From a virus (taxonomy: Duplodnaviria; Caudoviricetes), in the IMG/VR virus record IMGVR_UViG_3300010286_000009, positions 1 to 27,917 of that record: 27,917 nt of DNA. One strand, written 5' to 3'. Within the stretch, counting starts at the first letter, position 1. Every line of letters starts with the position of its first letter. Under the pieces are notes generated by a model. It was not told where the DNA came from. It searched no databases and was given only the letters and a program-made list of their open reading frames with translations. The position numbers and the translations under genes are program-made. Positions 1 to 8,447 of the stretch are shown here, in pieces.

Positions 1-1
1 C

Positions 2-691
2 CGGCCATTCACTTGTCAGCCATTTAAGCCGAACCGGCCTGAAGACTGGAAAGCGAACAACTGGCGGACAAGCACCCTTCGCGCCGATCTGAACCGTGAC
101 TTCCTGAATAGTTTTGACGAAGCTGGCGGCCCGATCCTGTCGGAAAACATCATTCCGGCAGAATGGGACCTTACCGACAGCTCCGGCAATAACATTTACG
201 GAAGTGTTACTGACAAAATCGGCCTGCTAACTGAAACCATGTTCAGAAAGTACAGCGAACAGGGACTTCTTGACCTGGACGACTGGTGGTGGCTTATAAC
301 CCCGTACGCCGGCTATTCGTACAGCGCGCGGCTTGTCAGCACGGACGGCACGCTGAGCAGCGACCACGCGTACGGCGTCAACAGGGGCGTTCGGCCGGCT
401 TTGTATGTGGAATCTGAAATCGAAGTCGAACTGGAAGAAGACGAAATCGACCTTTCCCTTTCCGCATGGATAAGTGTAAATGACAGATTACCAGAATGCA
501 TAGAGAAATATGGAATTTCCAAAGTCGTGTTGTGTCTTGACGCCAGAGGAAGAGTAGGATTTGGTATTTACCAAAACGGCGAAAGGCAATTATATCATGA
601 GGGATGGTTTACCGGGGGCGAAGTTGGCGAAAATTGCGTAAAAATTACCCACTGGATGCCGTTTCCGCCGAAGGAGGATGCCGATGATTAA
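2..691 (+). CDS. 5'-truncated DUF6273-like (CLec-type) protein fused to a C-terminal DUF551-like domain
   Basis: The frame is open from base 2 (RPFTCQ...NNWRTSTLRADLN...DKIGLLT). It carries WWWLITP...GVRPAL, then an acidic linker, then WISVNDRLPE...THWMPFP. Confidence 0.75.
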   Translation, partial: RPFTCQPFKPNRPEDWKANNWRTSTLRADLNRDFLNSFDEAGGPILSENIIPAEWDLTDSSGNNIYGSVTDKIGLLTETMFRKYSEQGLLDLDDWWWLITPYAGYSYSARLVSTDGTLSSDHAYGVNRGVRPALYVESEIEVELEEDEIDLSLSAWISVNDRLPECIEKYGISKVVLCLDARGRVGFGIYQNGERQLYHEGWFTGGEVGENCVKITHWMPFPPKEDADD

Positions 692-944
692 AACCTGTCA
701 TTTCTGCGGAAAGAAATTTGAAACCACTCGGAAAAATAAAATATATTGTTGCCTAACATGTAACAAACACGCCTACGTTGCGCAAAAATACCCAAAAGGT
801 GAACTTGCAAAAATCTGGCGCGCCACTCAGCAAAAACTCCGCAACCCACGTCGCAGATCACGCCTGACTATTCCAGAAATCGTGGTCTTGGCTCAAGCTG
901 AAGGGTTGTCGTATGGGAAATACGTTGACAAATATGCTTTATAA
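678..944 (+). CDS. Small zinc-binding phage protein
   Basis: CxxCGKKF...YCCxxC and C-terminal GLSYGKY. AGGAGG lies upstream; the start could be 678 or 684. Confidence 0.7.
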   Translation: MPMIKTCHFCGKKFETTRKNKIYCCLTCNKHAYVAQKYPKGELAKIWRATQQKLRNPRRRSRLTIPEIVVLAQAEGLSYGKYVDKYAL

Positions 945-960
945 ACAAGGAGCCAAAGGA

Positions 961-1398
961 ATGAATCGTTCCCTGTTTTCTACTGGAAAGGATGATTGGG
1001 AAACTCCACAAGAACTATTCGACGAACTGGATGCAGAGTTTCATTTTACACTTGACCCGTGCGCCACATCGGAGAATGCAAAGTGCAGAAAATACTATAC
1101 AGAAGCAGACGATGGCCTATCTAAAGATTGGCAAGGCGAAACGGTGTTTTGCAATCCGCCATATTCGAACGGCGCACAAACCGCATGGGTAAAAAAATGC
1201 TATGAAGAAGCGCAAAAGCCTAACACAACCGTTGTTGCTTTACTCCCAGCTAGGACTGATACTGCACGATTCCACAATTACATATTGGGAAAAGCAGAAG
1301 TCAGATTCATACGCGGCAGGCTTAAATTCGGTGGTAGCGAAAACTCTGCACCATTTCCAAGCATGATCGTAATTTGGAACAAGGAGGACAAGCCATGA
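961..1398 (+). CDS. Phage DNA N6-adenine methyltransferase (Dam-like)
   Basis: WETPQELF, FTLDPCA, catalytic NPPY, PARTDT, RGRLKF and APFPS motifs; AAGGAG upstream of ATG 961. Confidence 0.92.
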   Translation: MNRSLFSTGKDDWETPQELFDELDAEFHFTLDPCATSENAKCRKYYTEADDGLSKDWQGETVFCNPPYSNGAQTAWVKKCYEEAQKPNTTVVALLPARTDTARFHNYILGKAEVRFIRGRLKFGGSENSAPFPSMIVIWNKEDKP

Positions 1399-1697
1399 AA
1401 TTGATTTATTTAGCTCACCCGTATGATGGCAAGGCCGAAAACCTGCGTTGTGTCCAAGATCTCATGGTAGTCTTTGTCCAAGAATACCCTGATTACACAT
1501 TCTACAGCCCGCTCCACGCCACCGGCTTCCTGTACGGCGAACTCCCCTATCTTACCGGAATGGAACACTGCTTTGAAGCGCTATCCCGTTGCGACGAATT
1601 GTGGCTATGCGGGGACTGGAAAAACAGTAAGGGATGCTGCATGGAGTACGGATACGCAAAGGCTAAGGGTATTCCAGTCAAAGAGATAAAGAGGTGA
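1395..1697 (+). CDS. DUF4406/DUF1937-like protein (nucleoside deoxyribosyltransferase-like fold)
   Basis: IYLAHPY...CDELWLCGDWKNSKGCCMEYGYA; AGGAGG RBS; ATGA overlap with the previous stop. Confidence 0.8.
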   Translation: MKLIYLAHPYDGKAENLRCVQDLMVVFVQEYPDYTFYSPLHATGFLYGELPYLTGMEHCFEALSRCDELWLCGDWKNSKGCCMEYGYAKAKGIPVKEIKR

Positions 1698-1702
1698 TCT
1701 GA

Positions 1703-2077
1703 GTGCTGGCCCAAGATATTCGGAACATCATTTCAGCCTTCGAGCAAGCCACCAAAGATTACGAATGGGCCTACCAGCAAGTCAATGTAAAAGACAAGGA
1801 AACGCAAGACATCCTACATAGCCTGGAACTTGACCCGATAGACAAAAACGCCCGCAATCGGCTGGCAACACGCCTCCAGCGAGTCAGAAAGGAACGCCGC
1901 CAATACAAAGACACGGTAGAAGCCAACCAACCCATCTACGAGTTCCTCACCGGCGACAAAGGCAAAAACATGATGAACCTGCTGCGGGAAGTCCTCGGAA
2001 AAACCAGAAAGGTGGAAGAATATCACAGAGTGCGGACTTATAGGCCGAGAGTGCAAGCAACCATCCCAAATAAGTAA
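1703..2077 (+). CDS. Hypothetical helical phage protein
   Basis: 124 aa ORF with a GAGGTG RBS; DILHSLE...RKERRQYKD. Confidence 0.7.
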   Translation: MLAQDIRNIISAFEQATKDYEWAYQQVNVKDKETQDILHSLELDPIDKNARNRLATRLQRVRKERRQYKDTVEANQPIYEFLTGDKGKNMMNLLREVLGKTRKVEEYHRVRTYRPRVQATIPNK

Positions 2078-2092
2078 TAAGGAGGAACAAAA

Positions 2093-2482
2093 ATGAAAAA
2101 GGTAATCGCTTTGTTGTTGGTACTGTGCATGCTCCTTGTTTGTTTGGCAGGATGCAGCATACAGTCTAAAAGAGTATCCTACAACCTCTCGAAAGAAGCT
2201 GATAACTTCAACATCACCCGCCGCTTGGTTGTCATTAACGCAAGAACGGATAAGCCTGTCCTTGAAGTGATCGGAAATCTGTCTGTGCTTAAAGATGGAG
2301 GGGACTTGGACATCATCATTGAGGTTGCTCCGGGACAATACAAGAAGCATTTTGTAAACCTCAACGAATGGACAATTTACGCGGTGGAAGATATCAGTGG
2401 CTCTGGCGTAAGCCCGTATCATTACGAAATCAACTTCCTGCCCGAAATGCTTGTCCCTATCGAGTTTACCAGCAGCTATTAA
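2093..2482 (+). CDS. Phage lipoprotein
   Basis: Signal peptide with lipobox LAGC; strong AAGGAGG RBS. Confidence 0.8.
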   Translation: MKKVIALLLVLCMLLVCLAGCSIQSKRVSYNLSKEADNFNITRRLVVINARTDKPVLEVIGNLSVLKDGGDLDIIIEVAPGQYKKHFVNLNEWTIYAVEDISGSGVSPYHYEINFLPEMLVPIEFTSSY

Positions 2483-2501
2483 GCACGAAGGAGGAAAAGA
2501 A

Positions 2502-2675
2502 ATGAAAGTCAACACTTATCGCGCCCCGTTTTTGGTGTGTGTGTATGCCTGCGTAAAGGCCGGCGAACTGGTGGACACTATCCGTGACGCTCGGAAAGCA
2601 AAGGAAAGTGTACTGCAAGCAATCAAGGATAATGCTGAATATATCATTTGCGGTGTGGCGGAGGAAGCGCAATGA
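2502..2675 (+). CDS. Small hypothetical protein
   Basis: AAGGAGG RBS; stop overlaps the next start (ATGA). Confidence 0.6.
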   Translation: MKVNTYRAPFLVCVYACVKAGELVDTIRDARKAKESVLQAIKDNAEYIICGVAEEAQ

Positions 2676-3094
2676 GAGAAATTAAGTTTAGAGGCAAGCG
2701 GTTAGATAATGGCGAATGGGTGTATGGTTACTATGTCTATTATGGGTTTATAGATAATCAAAAGCATTATATTGTTCCTGATTATGCGTCGGCTCTATAT
2801 GTTTTTGAAGTCTACCCATCTACCGTAGGACAATTTACAGGCTTAAAAGACAAGAACGGTAAGGAGATTTATGAGGGCGATATTGTCGAACTGACCAATA
2901 CTTATAAAGGCATGAATACAAAAAGCATAGTCGAAATTGATTTCATTGATTTTACTTTTGCAGGGAAATGGGCAGAAGAATACTCACCTTTGGGATATAT
3001 GTATAATCCGCTTGGTTCATACAACTTCCCAATAGTCACAATTGAGGTTATTGGCAACATCCACGACAATCCCGAATTACTTAACGAAAAATAG
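2672..3094 (+). CDS. YopX family protein
   Basis: MREIKFRGK...GQFTGLKDKNGKEIYEGDIV...EVIGNIHDNPELL. Confidence 0.92.
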   Translation: MREIKFRGKRLDNGEWVYGYYVYYGFIDNQKHYIVPDYASALYVFEVYPSTVGQFTGLKDKNGKEIYEGDIVELTNTYKGMNTKSIVEIDFIDFTFAGKWAEEYSPLGYMYNPLGSYNFPIVTIEVIGNIHDNPELLNEK

Positions 3095-3104
3095 CCGCAC
3101 ATAT

Positions 3105-3644
3105 ATGACCGACTACACACTCGCAGCCGAGCTAATCAAATCCCGCGTATCCATGGAGGATGCGGTTGCCATGTACTGCCCAGGAGTAACCCCTCGCCAC
3201 AACCGTATCCCCTGTCCTATCCACAACGGGAAAGACCCGAACCTTTGGTTTTCTAACTGGGGATATCATTGCTTCGTATGCGGAGCCGGTGGCGACGTGA
3301 TTAACTTCGTGGAGCACATCTTCGGGCTCGACTTCCCATCCGCCTTGGACAAGCTCAACACCGATTTTTGTTGCGGCGCTGTTCTTGACCGCAGAATGAC
3401 ACTCCGAGAGCAGCGAGAAGCAAAGAAACGGCACGAGAAAATCATGGCGGAGCGTCAACAAGCCGAAGCTGAAAAGCAAGCCTATCAAGCCCTATACAAT
3501 TCCCTGTGGGACGAATGGATCAGGCTTGACCGGAACCGCAGACAGTATGCTCCAAAGCACCACGACGAGGAACCGCACCCCTTATACGTCGAAGCCATAC
3601 AAAAAATCGGCTATCAGGAATACCTAATCGACACCCTGTTATAA
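3105..3644 (+). CDS. CHC2 zinc-finger protein (primase zinc-binding domain, no TOPRIM domain)
   Basis: CPIH...YHCFVCGAGGDVINFV followed by a helical tail. Confidence 0.85.
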   Translation: MTDYTLAAELIKSRVSMEDAVAMYCPGVTPRHNRIPCPIHNGKDPNLWFSNWGYHCFVCGAGGDVINFVEHIFGLDFPSALDKLNTDFCCGAVLDRRMTLREQREAKKRHEKIMAERQQAEAEKQAYQALYNSLWDEWIRLDRNRRQYAPKHHDEEPHPLYVEAIQKIGYQEYLIDTLL

Positions 3645-3666
3645 CCACTGAAAGCGTGGTGAAACA

Positions 3667-5274
3667 TTGCTAGAAGCCATAGAACGTAAGCTCGATGAAA
3701 TCCAAGACAACATTGCGCTGGGCGACTGGGAGGTTGATGAGCACGGCGTGCGACGCGAGCGAACAATATACAAAAAAGGCAAGCCTGTGGATTCATATAC
3801 AGAAATTGCTTCCCCAATTCCTGTATTGCCCACAGCAATTTTGGAAAATATCGACACGCACACAGAAAAACTCCAGCTTTCCTTTTTTAAACACAATAAA
3901 TGGAAGTCAATTATTGTGGATCGCTCGGTCGCAGCAAACCGTAGCTCTATCATCAAGTTAGCAGACCAAGGGCTTGAAGTCAATTCCGAAAATGCCGCCA
4001 CGCTTGTCAAGTACATATCAGAAGTGGTGGCCGACAGCCTGTTTTGCCTACCGCACAAGCCCGCAAAATCGGTCATGGGATGGGTTGACGGCGAGTTCAT
4101 GCCGTACACCGACCAAGTGGTATTTGATGGTGACGACCAATTCAAACACCTGTACAAAGCCATTACACAGAAAGGCACGCTCAAGGAGTGGGTTGACTTT
4201 GTCCGCCCACTCCGCCAGAGCCTTGATTTGCGCCTATGTATGGCCGCCTCGTTTGCCTCTCCACTAATCGAGCTAATCGGGGAAAACCCCTTTGTATTCC
4301 ATCTGTGGGGTGGTACAGGAAGCGGCAAGACGGTTGGCTTAATGGTTGCCATGTCCATTTGGGGAGACCCTGCAATGGGCAAGCTGACCCGCACCATGAA
4401 CATGACCACAAACTCAATGCTTTCCACGGCTGCATTCCTTTGCAACCTCCCCTTTGCCGGTGACGAGCTGCAAACCGTCAAGTCACGCTGGACGAACTAC
4501 GACAACCTAATCATGTGCATCACGGAGGGCGTTGATCGCGGTAGAATGTCCTACGACAAGGTCAATGAAATGCGCTCTTGGAAATGCAGCTTTATCTTTT
4601 CTGGCGAGGAACCTTGCATTAAGGCAGCGTCAGGCGGTGGAGCCAAAAACCGTGTTATCGAAGTCGAGTGCAAAGATAAAGTCGTGGAGAACGGCAACCT
4701 AGTCGCCAATTTTGTCCGCACCCATTACGGTTGTGCCGGCCACCCATTCATCGAACAAGTTAAGAAGGAGGCGGTAACTGAAATCTATAAATCATTCTTT
4801 ACCCAAATCATATCGAGCACCGACACCACGGACAAGCAAGCCGGGGCGATGGCCCTTATCCTTACCGGTGACACCATTGCATCCCGATTGTTCTGGCCCG
4901 GCGAATCCTCTCTTACCGTGGCAGATATTCGTGACTACATTTGCAGCGCCAACGAAGTAGACATTGCCGAGCGAGCCTATCAATTCGTCCTCGACAGCAT
5001 CGCAGAAAACAACGTCAACTTCTCGTCTGATGCACGCCAGGTATGGGGAGCAATTTCGGACGGATACGCCTACATCAATAAAAGCGTCCTGTGCCGTATC
5101 ATGGACAACGTCGGCTTTGATTTCGATGCCGTCAAGTCCAAATGGGCAGAAAGAGGCTATCTCGAAAAACACCCCAACGGCCGATTTGTCCATTACCGTT
5201 CCGTGAATGGCGCTCAAGCCTATTATGTGAAACTTGCACTAAAACCAACCGAGAATATTGAGCAGTTTCCATAA
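3667..5274 (+). CDS. DUF927-domain replicative helicase/ATPase
   Basis: Walker A GGTGSGKT, Walker B-like FAGDE, EGVDRGR and SGE motifs; lies next to the CHC2 gene. Confidence 0.85.
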   Translation: MLEAIERKLDEIQDNIALGDWEVDEHGVRRERTIYKKGKPVDSYTEIASPIPVLPTAILENIDTHTEKLQLSFFKHNKWKSIIVDRSVAANRSSIIKLADQGLEVNSENAATLVKYISEVVADSLFCLPHKPAKSVMGWVDGEFMPYTDQVVFDGDDQFKHLYKAITQKGTLKEWVDFVRPLRQSLDLRLCMAASFASPLIELIGENPFVFHLWGGTGSGKTVGLMVAMSIWGDPAMGKLTRTMNMTTNSMLSTAAFLCNLPFAGDELQTVKSRWTNYDNLIMCITEGVDRGRMSYDKVNEMRSWKCSFIFSGEEPCIKAASGGGAKNRVIEVECKDKVVENGNLVANFVRTHYGCAGHPFIEQVKKEAVTEIYKSFFTQIISSTDTTDKQAGAMALILTGDTIASRLFWPGESSLTVADIRDYICSANEVDIAERAYQFVLDSIAENNVNFSSDARQVWGAISDGYAYINKSVLCRIMDNVGFDFDAVKSKWAERGYLEKHPNGRFVHYRSVNGAQAYYVKLALKPTENIEQFP

Positions 5275-5351
5275 CAGAAATGTAACACATGTTTCTATGC
5301 ACATCGCACAACAAAGCACCCCATGGATATGTGCACTTCTCCAAGTTTTCT

Positions 5352-5623
5352 TGTACATTTTGGCCCTTTTTTCGAAAATGTACAAACATGTACAAGGAAA
5401 TGTACAAACGAAAAACCTTATTATTAAGCCATATTTTTAATAATTTGTACATTTGTACATGAGATATATATATTTCTACGCGTGAGTGATTTTTATTTTC
5501 TCTATTTTATAGAGATATATTTGCAAATCACGTACAAATGTACAAACGACCCCGCAAACCCGCATTACAAAGCCAAAAATCGTTTGTACATGGATGTACA
5601 AACCGTGTACAAATGTACAAACG
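5352..5623. repeat. TGTACA iteron cluster flanking an AT-rich core; candidate replication origin
   Basis: Eleven TGTACA copies (5352, 5379, 5389, 5401, 5446, 5454, 5539, 5585, 5595, 5606, 5614) directly after the helicase gene. Confidence 0.7.
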
Positions 5624-5673
5624 CAAAAACGGTGGGGGTGCTTCTCCCGTGGGAAGAAACAGGAGGCGAATGG

Positions 5674-5874
5674 ATGAACAACGAAAAGCACATACACGAC
5701 GAGCAAAAAACCATGCAGAACAGACTGGATTTCCAGACGAGCTTTACACGGAGCGAACCAAGATATAAAGCTCTGCACCGTGAGGTTATGTCTTGGCCGG
5801 AATGGAAACGGCAAAGCTACAATACCTTCTTTACCACGGGTCGGAATGAGGGTGTGTCCCTTCCACCATGGTAA
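5674..5874 (+). CDS. Small hypothetical protein
   Basis: AGGAGG at 5661-5666, 7 nt before ATG 5674. Confidence 0.5.
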   Translation: MNNEKHIHDEQKTMQNRLDFQTSFTRSEPRYKALHREVMSWPEWKRQSYNTFFTTGRNEGVSLPPW

Positions 5875-6105
5875 GAATGGCGGGCGAGCGAGGGCTTGTC
5901 CACTTATTGCGAAAGGTGGTGACATTAGAGCGGCGGCAAGAGATGGCAGAAAGGTTAAGGCGTGCCAGAGTTTCGAGAAATTCATTGTAATTTACAATGG
6001 AATTTTTGAATAATCTGGCTTTGGCAATATAAAAGCACGTTGAGAAAGAACGCGTAAAAATCTCCAGTAAATTACAATGGAAAATAGAAAAGCAGGAGGG
6101 ATAAC

Positions 6106-6741
6106 ATGGCAGAAAACAAACCTGCACGGCGAGGGAGACCGCCAAAACCCCAGACGGTAGAAGCAAACAGCGTCGTCGAAGCGGGAAAAGAGATAGTAAA
6201 GAAAAGACCGCACGAAAAATCACCAGTGATTGGGGACAACGGATTGCTTGTAGAAGGAGACGAGAAACGCCAGCTTGTCTCAAGACTGCTCAAAGAAACA
6301 TTGGCTACATATGACTTGCCAAAAGTTAAGAGCGATGAGGAATTGAAAGAAAGACTTGCTTGGTATTTTAAACACTGTGCAGAAACCGGGGAGAAACCTA
6401 CGGTGGAGCAGATGGCGCAGGTTACAGGGTACACTATGTCGACTGTGTGGGATTGGGAGACGGGCAGAAGGCATGGCTTTAGCACCGAGACCGCCGACAT
6501 CATCAAAAAGGCCAAGGAATTTTTGCGCACTTTTGATGCGAAATTGCTGCTAGAAGGGGCCATAAATCCCGTGTCCTACATATTCCGAGCAAAAAACTAC
6601 TACGGCATGAAAGACCAGCAAGAATACGTCTTGACCCCGAACCAGCCGTTAGGCGCAGAAAGCGATCCGGACAAGATGGCGCAGAAATACAAGATGGCGC
6701 TGCCAGAGGCGATAGAAGCAGAAGGTGCAGAAAGCGAATAG
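6106..6741 (+). CDS. terS: Terminase small subunit
   Basis: AT-hook-like RRGRPPK, YFxxC...KPTVE helix-turn-helix, IFRAKNYYGMKD; strong RBS. Confidence 0.82.
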   Translation: MAENKPARRGRPPKPQTVEANSVVEAGKEIVKKRPHEKSPVIGDNGLLVEGDEKRQLVSRLLKETLATYDLPKVKSDEELKERLAWYFKHCAETGEKPTVEQMAQVTGYTMSTVWDWETGRRHGFSTETADIIKKAKEFLRTFDAKLLLEGAINPVSYIFRAKNYYGMKDQQEYVLTPNQPLGAESDPDKMAQKYKMALPEAIEAEGAESE

Positions 6742-6747
6742 GCGCAG

Positions 6748-6791
6748 AAAGGGCCCGGCACTCTTAGTATGAGCTGCCGGGGCGCCTTTTG
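6748..6791 (+). terminator. Intrinsic terminator after terS
   Basis: CCCGGCA-CTC...GAG-C-TGCCGGG stem followed by a T tract. Confidence 0.6.
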
Positions 6792-6848
6792 TACATTGGC
6801 TTTTGCGTGGTGCATATGGGCGCAGTGCGTACAATCGACACAGAGAGA

Positions 6849-6933
6849 CCTAGGATGGCGCGGGAGCGGTTTTTATATCTTGCGAGTGTAAACACTAGGG
6901 CAAAGATAAAAGCCGCTTAAAACGCGTCCTAGG
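6849..6933. other. Long imperfect DNA hairpin (sso/ssDNA-promoter-like)
   Basis: Nested inverted repeats CCTAGGA/TCCTAGG, AGCGG/CCGCT, TATCT/AGATA and AGTGT/ACACT. Confidence 0.45.
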
Positions 6934-6963
6934 GCGTCTAGCGGCTATGCGGCATTTTTTGGC

Positions 6964-6998
6964 AAAAGAAAAGCCGGGGCAGTTAGCCCCGGCGTTTT
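6964..6998 (-). terminator. Intrinsic, probably bidirectional, terminator of the minus-strand cassette
   Basis: GCCGGGGC-agtta-GCCCCGGC with an A tract on the left and a T tract on the right; overlaps the FtsK stop. Confidence 0.8.
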
Positions 6999-8095
6999 GC
7001 GTTGTGCCTCCAGTACTCGACCACGGCGGCAACGTCTTGATCGGATGTGTACGCGCATTGCAGGCGGATTTCCTGCACTCTGTCCGGCAGTTTGAGCAGC
7101 GCATCGCCTCGGCCCAGCAGTTTTTCCGCGCCCTTGTGGCCCAAAATCCGAACTGAATCGCCGGTTGAGGCCGTTTGCAGGGCCAATTTACATGGCGTGT
7201 TTGCCTGGATCAGGCCCGTAACAACGGAAACCAGCGGTTTTTGCGTGGCAAGTATCAAATGGATTCCGGCGGCGCGGCCAAGCTGGGCAATGCGGACAAT
7301 GCTATGCTCGACCACCTTGCGGCTGGTTAGCATGAGGTCGGCCAGCTCGTCGATCACTATGACCATGCGGGGCAAGCCTATATCGTCGCTGCTCTTGGCG
7401 CGCTGCCGGGCCATCTGCTTATAGCGCTTATCCATGGCGGCATTGACGGCATCTAGGGTCTTAACGGCCTCGGCCGCACTGGTGATGATGGGCGCGGCGA
7501 GGTGTGGTAGGCCCGCATAGGCCGACAGCTCCACCTGCTTGGGGTCGATCAGTACAAGCTGTAGGCGGGTCGGCGCGGCGCTATATAGCATACTGCATAG
7601 GATCGTGTTGAGTGCCACGCTCTTGCCCGAGCCGGTCGCACCCGCTATTAGCAGGTGTGGCAGGTCGGTCAGATCAATAATCACGGGCCGCCCCGAATCG
7701 TCCACACCGATTGCCGCCGTCGTTGATGTGCGGCTGGCTGGCAGGTGCTGGACTACGTCCCGCAGTGTGACAGTCCCGCGCTGTTGGCGGGCGATCTGGA
7801 TTGCTATATGCGCCTGGCTGGACGGTACTAGCGCACATGGTACATGCAGCGCGGCGGATAGTGCCTTGACCGCCCTGGCGGCCTTGTTGTAGTCTTGCAG
7901 GCGGGCAAGGTTATAATGATACGTCGCCACCTGCGCGCCGATTGTGTGCCCCGCTGGTATGCAGGTCAGGCCCACCTGCGACAATATGCCCGCTATTTTT
8001 TCGGGCTGATAGCACCCTCCGTTGGCTAAATGTTGGCCCCCGCCGAGGATGTCAAGCGGGGGCGTGTACCAATACTTTCTGCGCAAGCCAACCAT
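6983..8095 (-). CDS. Stand-alone FtsK/SpoIIIE-type ATPase
   Basis: PHLLIAGATGSGKS, IDPK, IVIDELADL, GRAAGIHLILATQ, GAEKLLGRGD. No transmembrane N-terminus or gamma domain. Start chosen from the AAAGGCGGTG RBS. Confidence 0.9.
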   Translation of the reverse strand: MVGLRRKYWYTPPLDILGGGQHLANGGCYQPEKIAGILSQVGLTCIPAGHTIGAQVATYHYNLARLQDYNKAARAVKALSAALHVPCALVPSSQAHIAIQIARQQRGTVTLRDVVQHLPASRTSTTAAIGVDDSGRPVIIDLTDLPHLLIAGATGSGKSVALNTILCSMLYSAAPTRLQLVLIDPKQVELSAYAGLPHLAAPIITSAAEAVKTLDAVNAAMDKRYKQMARQRAKSSDDIGLPRMVIVIDELADLMLTSRKVVEHSIVRIAQLGRAAGIHLILATQKPLVSVVTGLIQANTPCKLALQTASTGDSVRILGHKGAEKLLGRGDALLKLPDRVQEIRLQCAYTSDQDVAAVVEYWRHNAKRRG

Positions 8096-8099
8096 GCAA

Positions 8100-8369
8100 T
8101 CACCGCCTTTCGGCAGGCAAATAGATGATTGTATAGGGTGGCGTATCAAATCGCTGGTGTCCATAATTGGTCACGTGCAAGTCGCTGATGATTGCGGTGA
8201 TCAGGTTGTAATGACCGCCGACGAGTTTGACTCCATCGCGCCAATCGTTGTTAATCAATTGGATTTTCGGCATGTCTGGGCCGTCCAGCGGCCCGTATTT
8301 TGACAACGCTTTTTGTACGCGCGCAATTGCGCGATCATTGGCCTGTTTTAATTCCCAACTGATTCTCAT
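8100..8369 (-). CDS. Small hypothetical protein
   Basis: 89 aa with an AGGGAG RBS, behind a consensus promoter; ends 4 nt before the FtsK start. Confidence 0.65.
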   Translation of the reverse strand: MRISWELKQANDRAIARVQKALSKYGPLDGPDMPKIQLINNDWRDGVKLVGGHYNLITAIISDLHVTNYGHQRFDTPPYTIIYLPAERR

Positions 8370-8413
8370 AGTTATCTCCCTTCTCCCCTTCGCTGGGGCT
8401 GCTATTTAATTTG

Positions 8414-8442
8414 ATTTTACTGTTGTTGCCAAATAATGTCAA
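8414..8442 (-). promoter_or_regulatory. Sigma-A promoter
   Basis: Minus strand TTGACA (8442-8437), 17 bp, TAAAAT (8419-8414). Confidence 0.8.
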
Positions 8443-8447
8443 TCCTT

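Noticed and set aside
5482-5673. N-terminal extension of ORF 5482..5874 and other ORFs over the TGTACA repeats
   Set aside because: The translations merely reflect the DNA repeats; the good RBS is at 5661.
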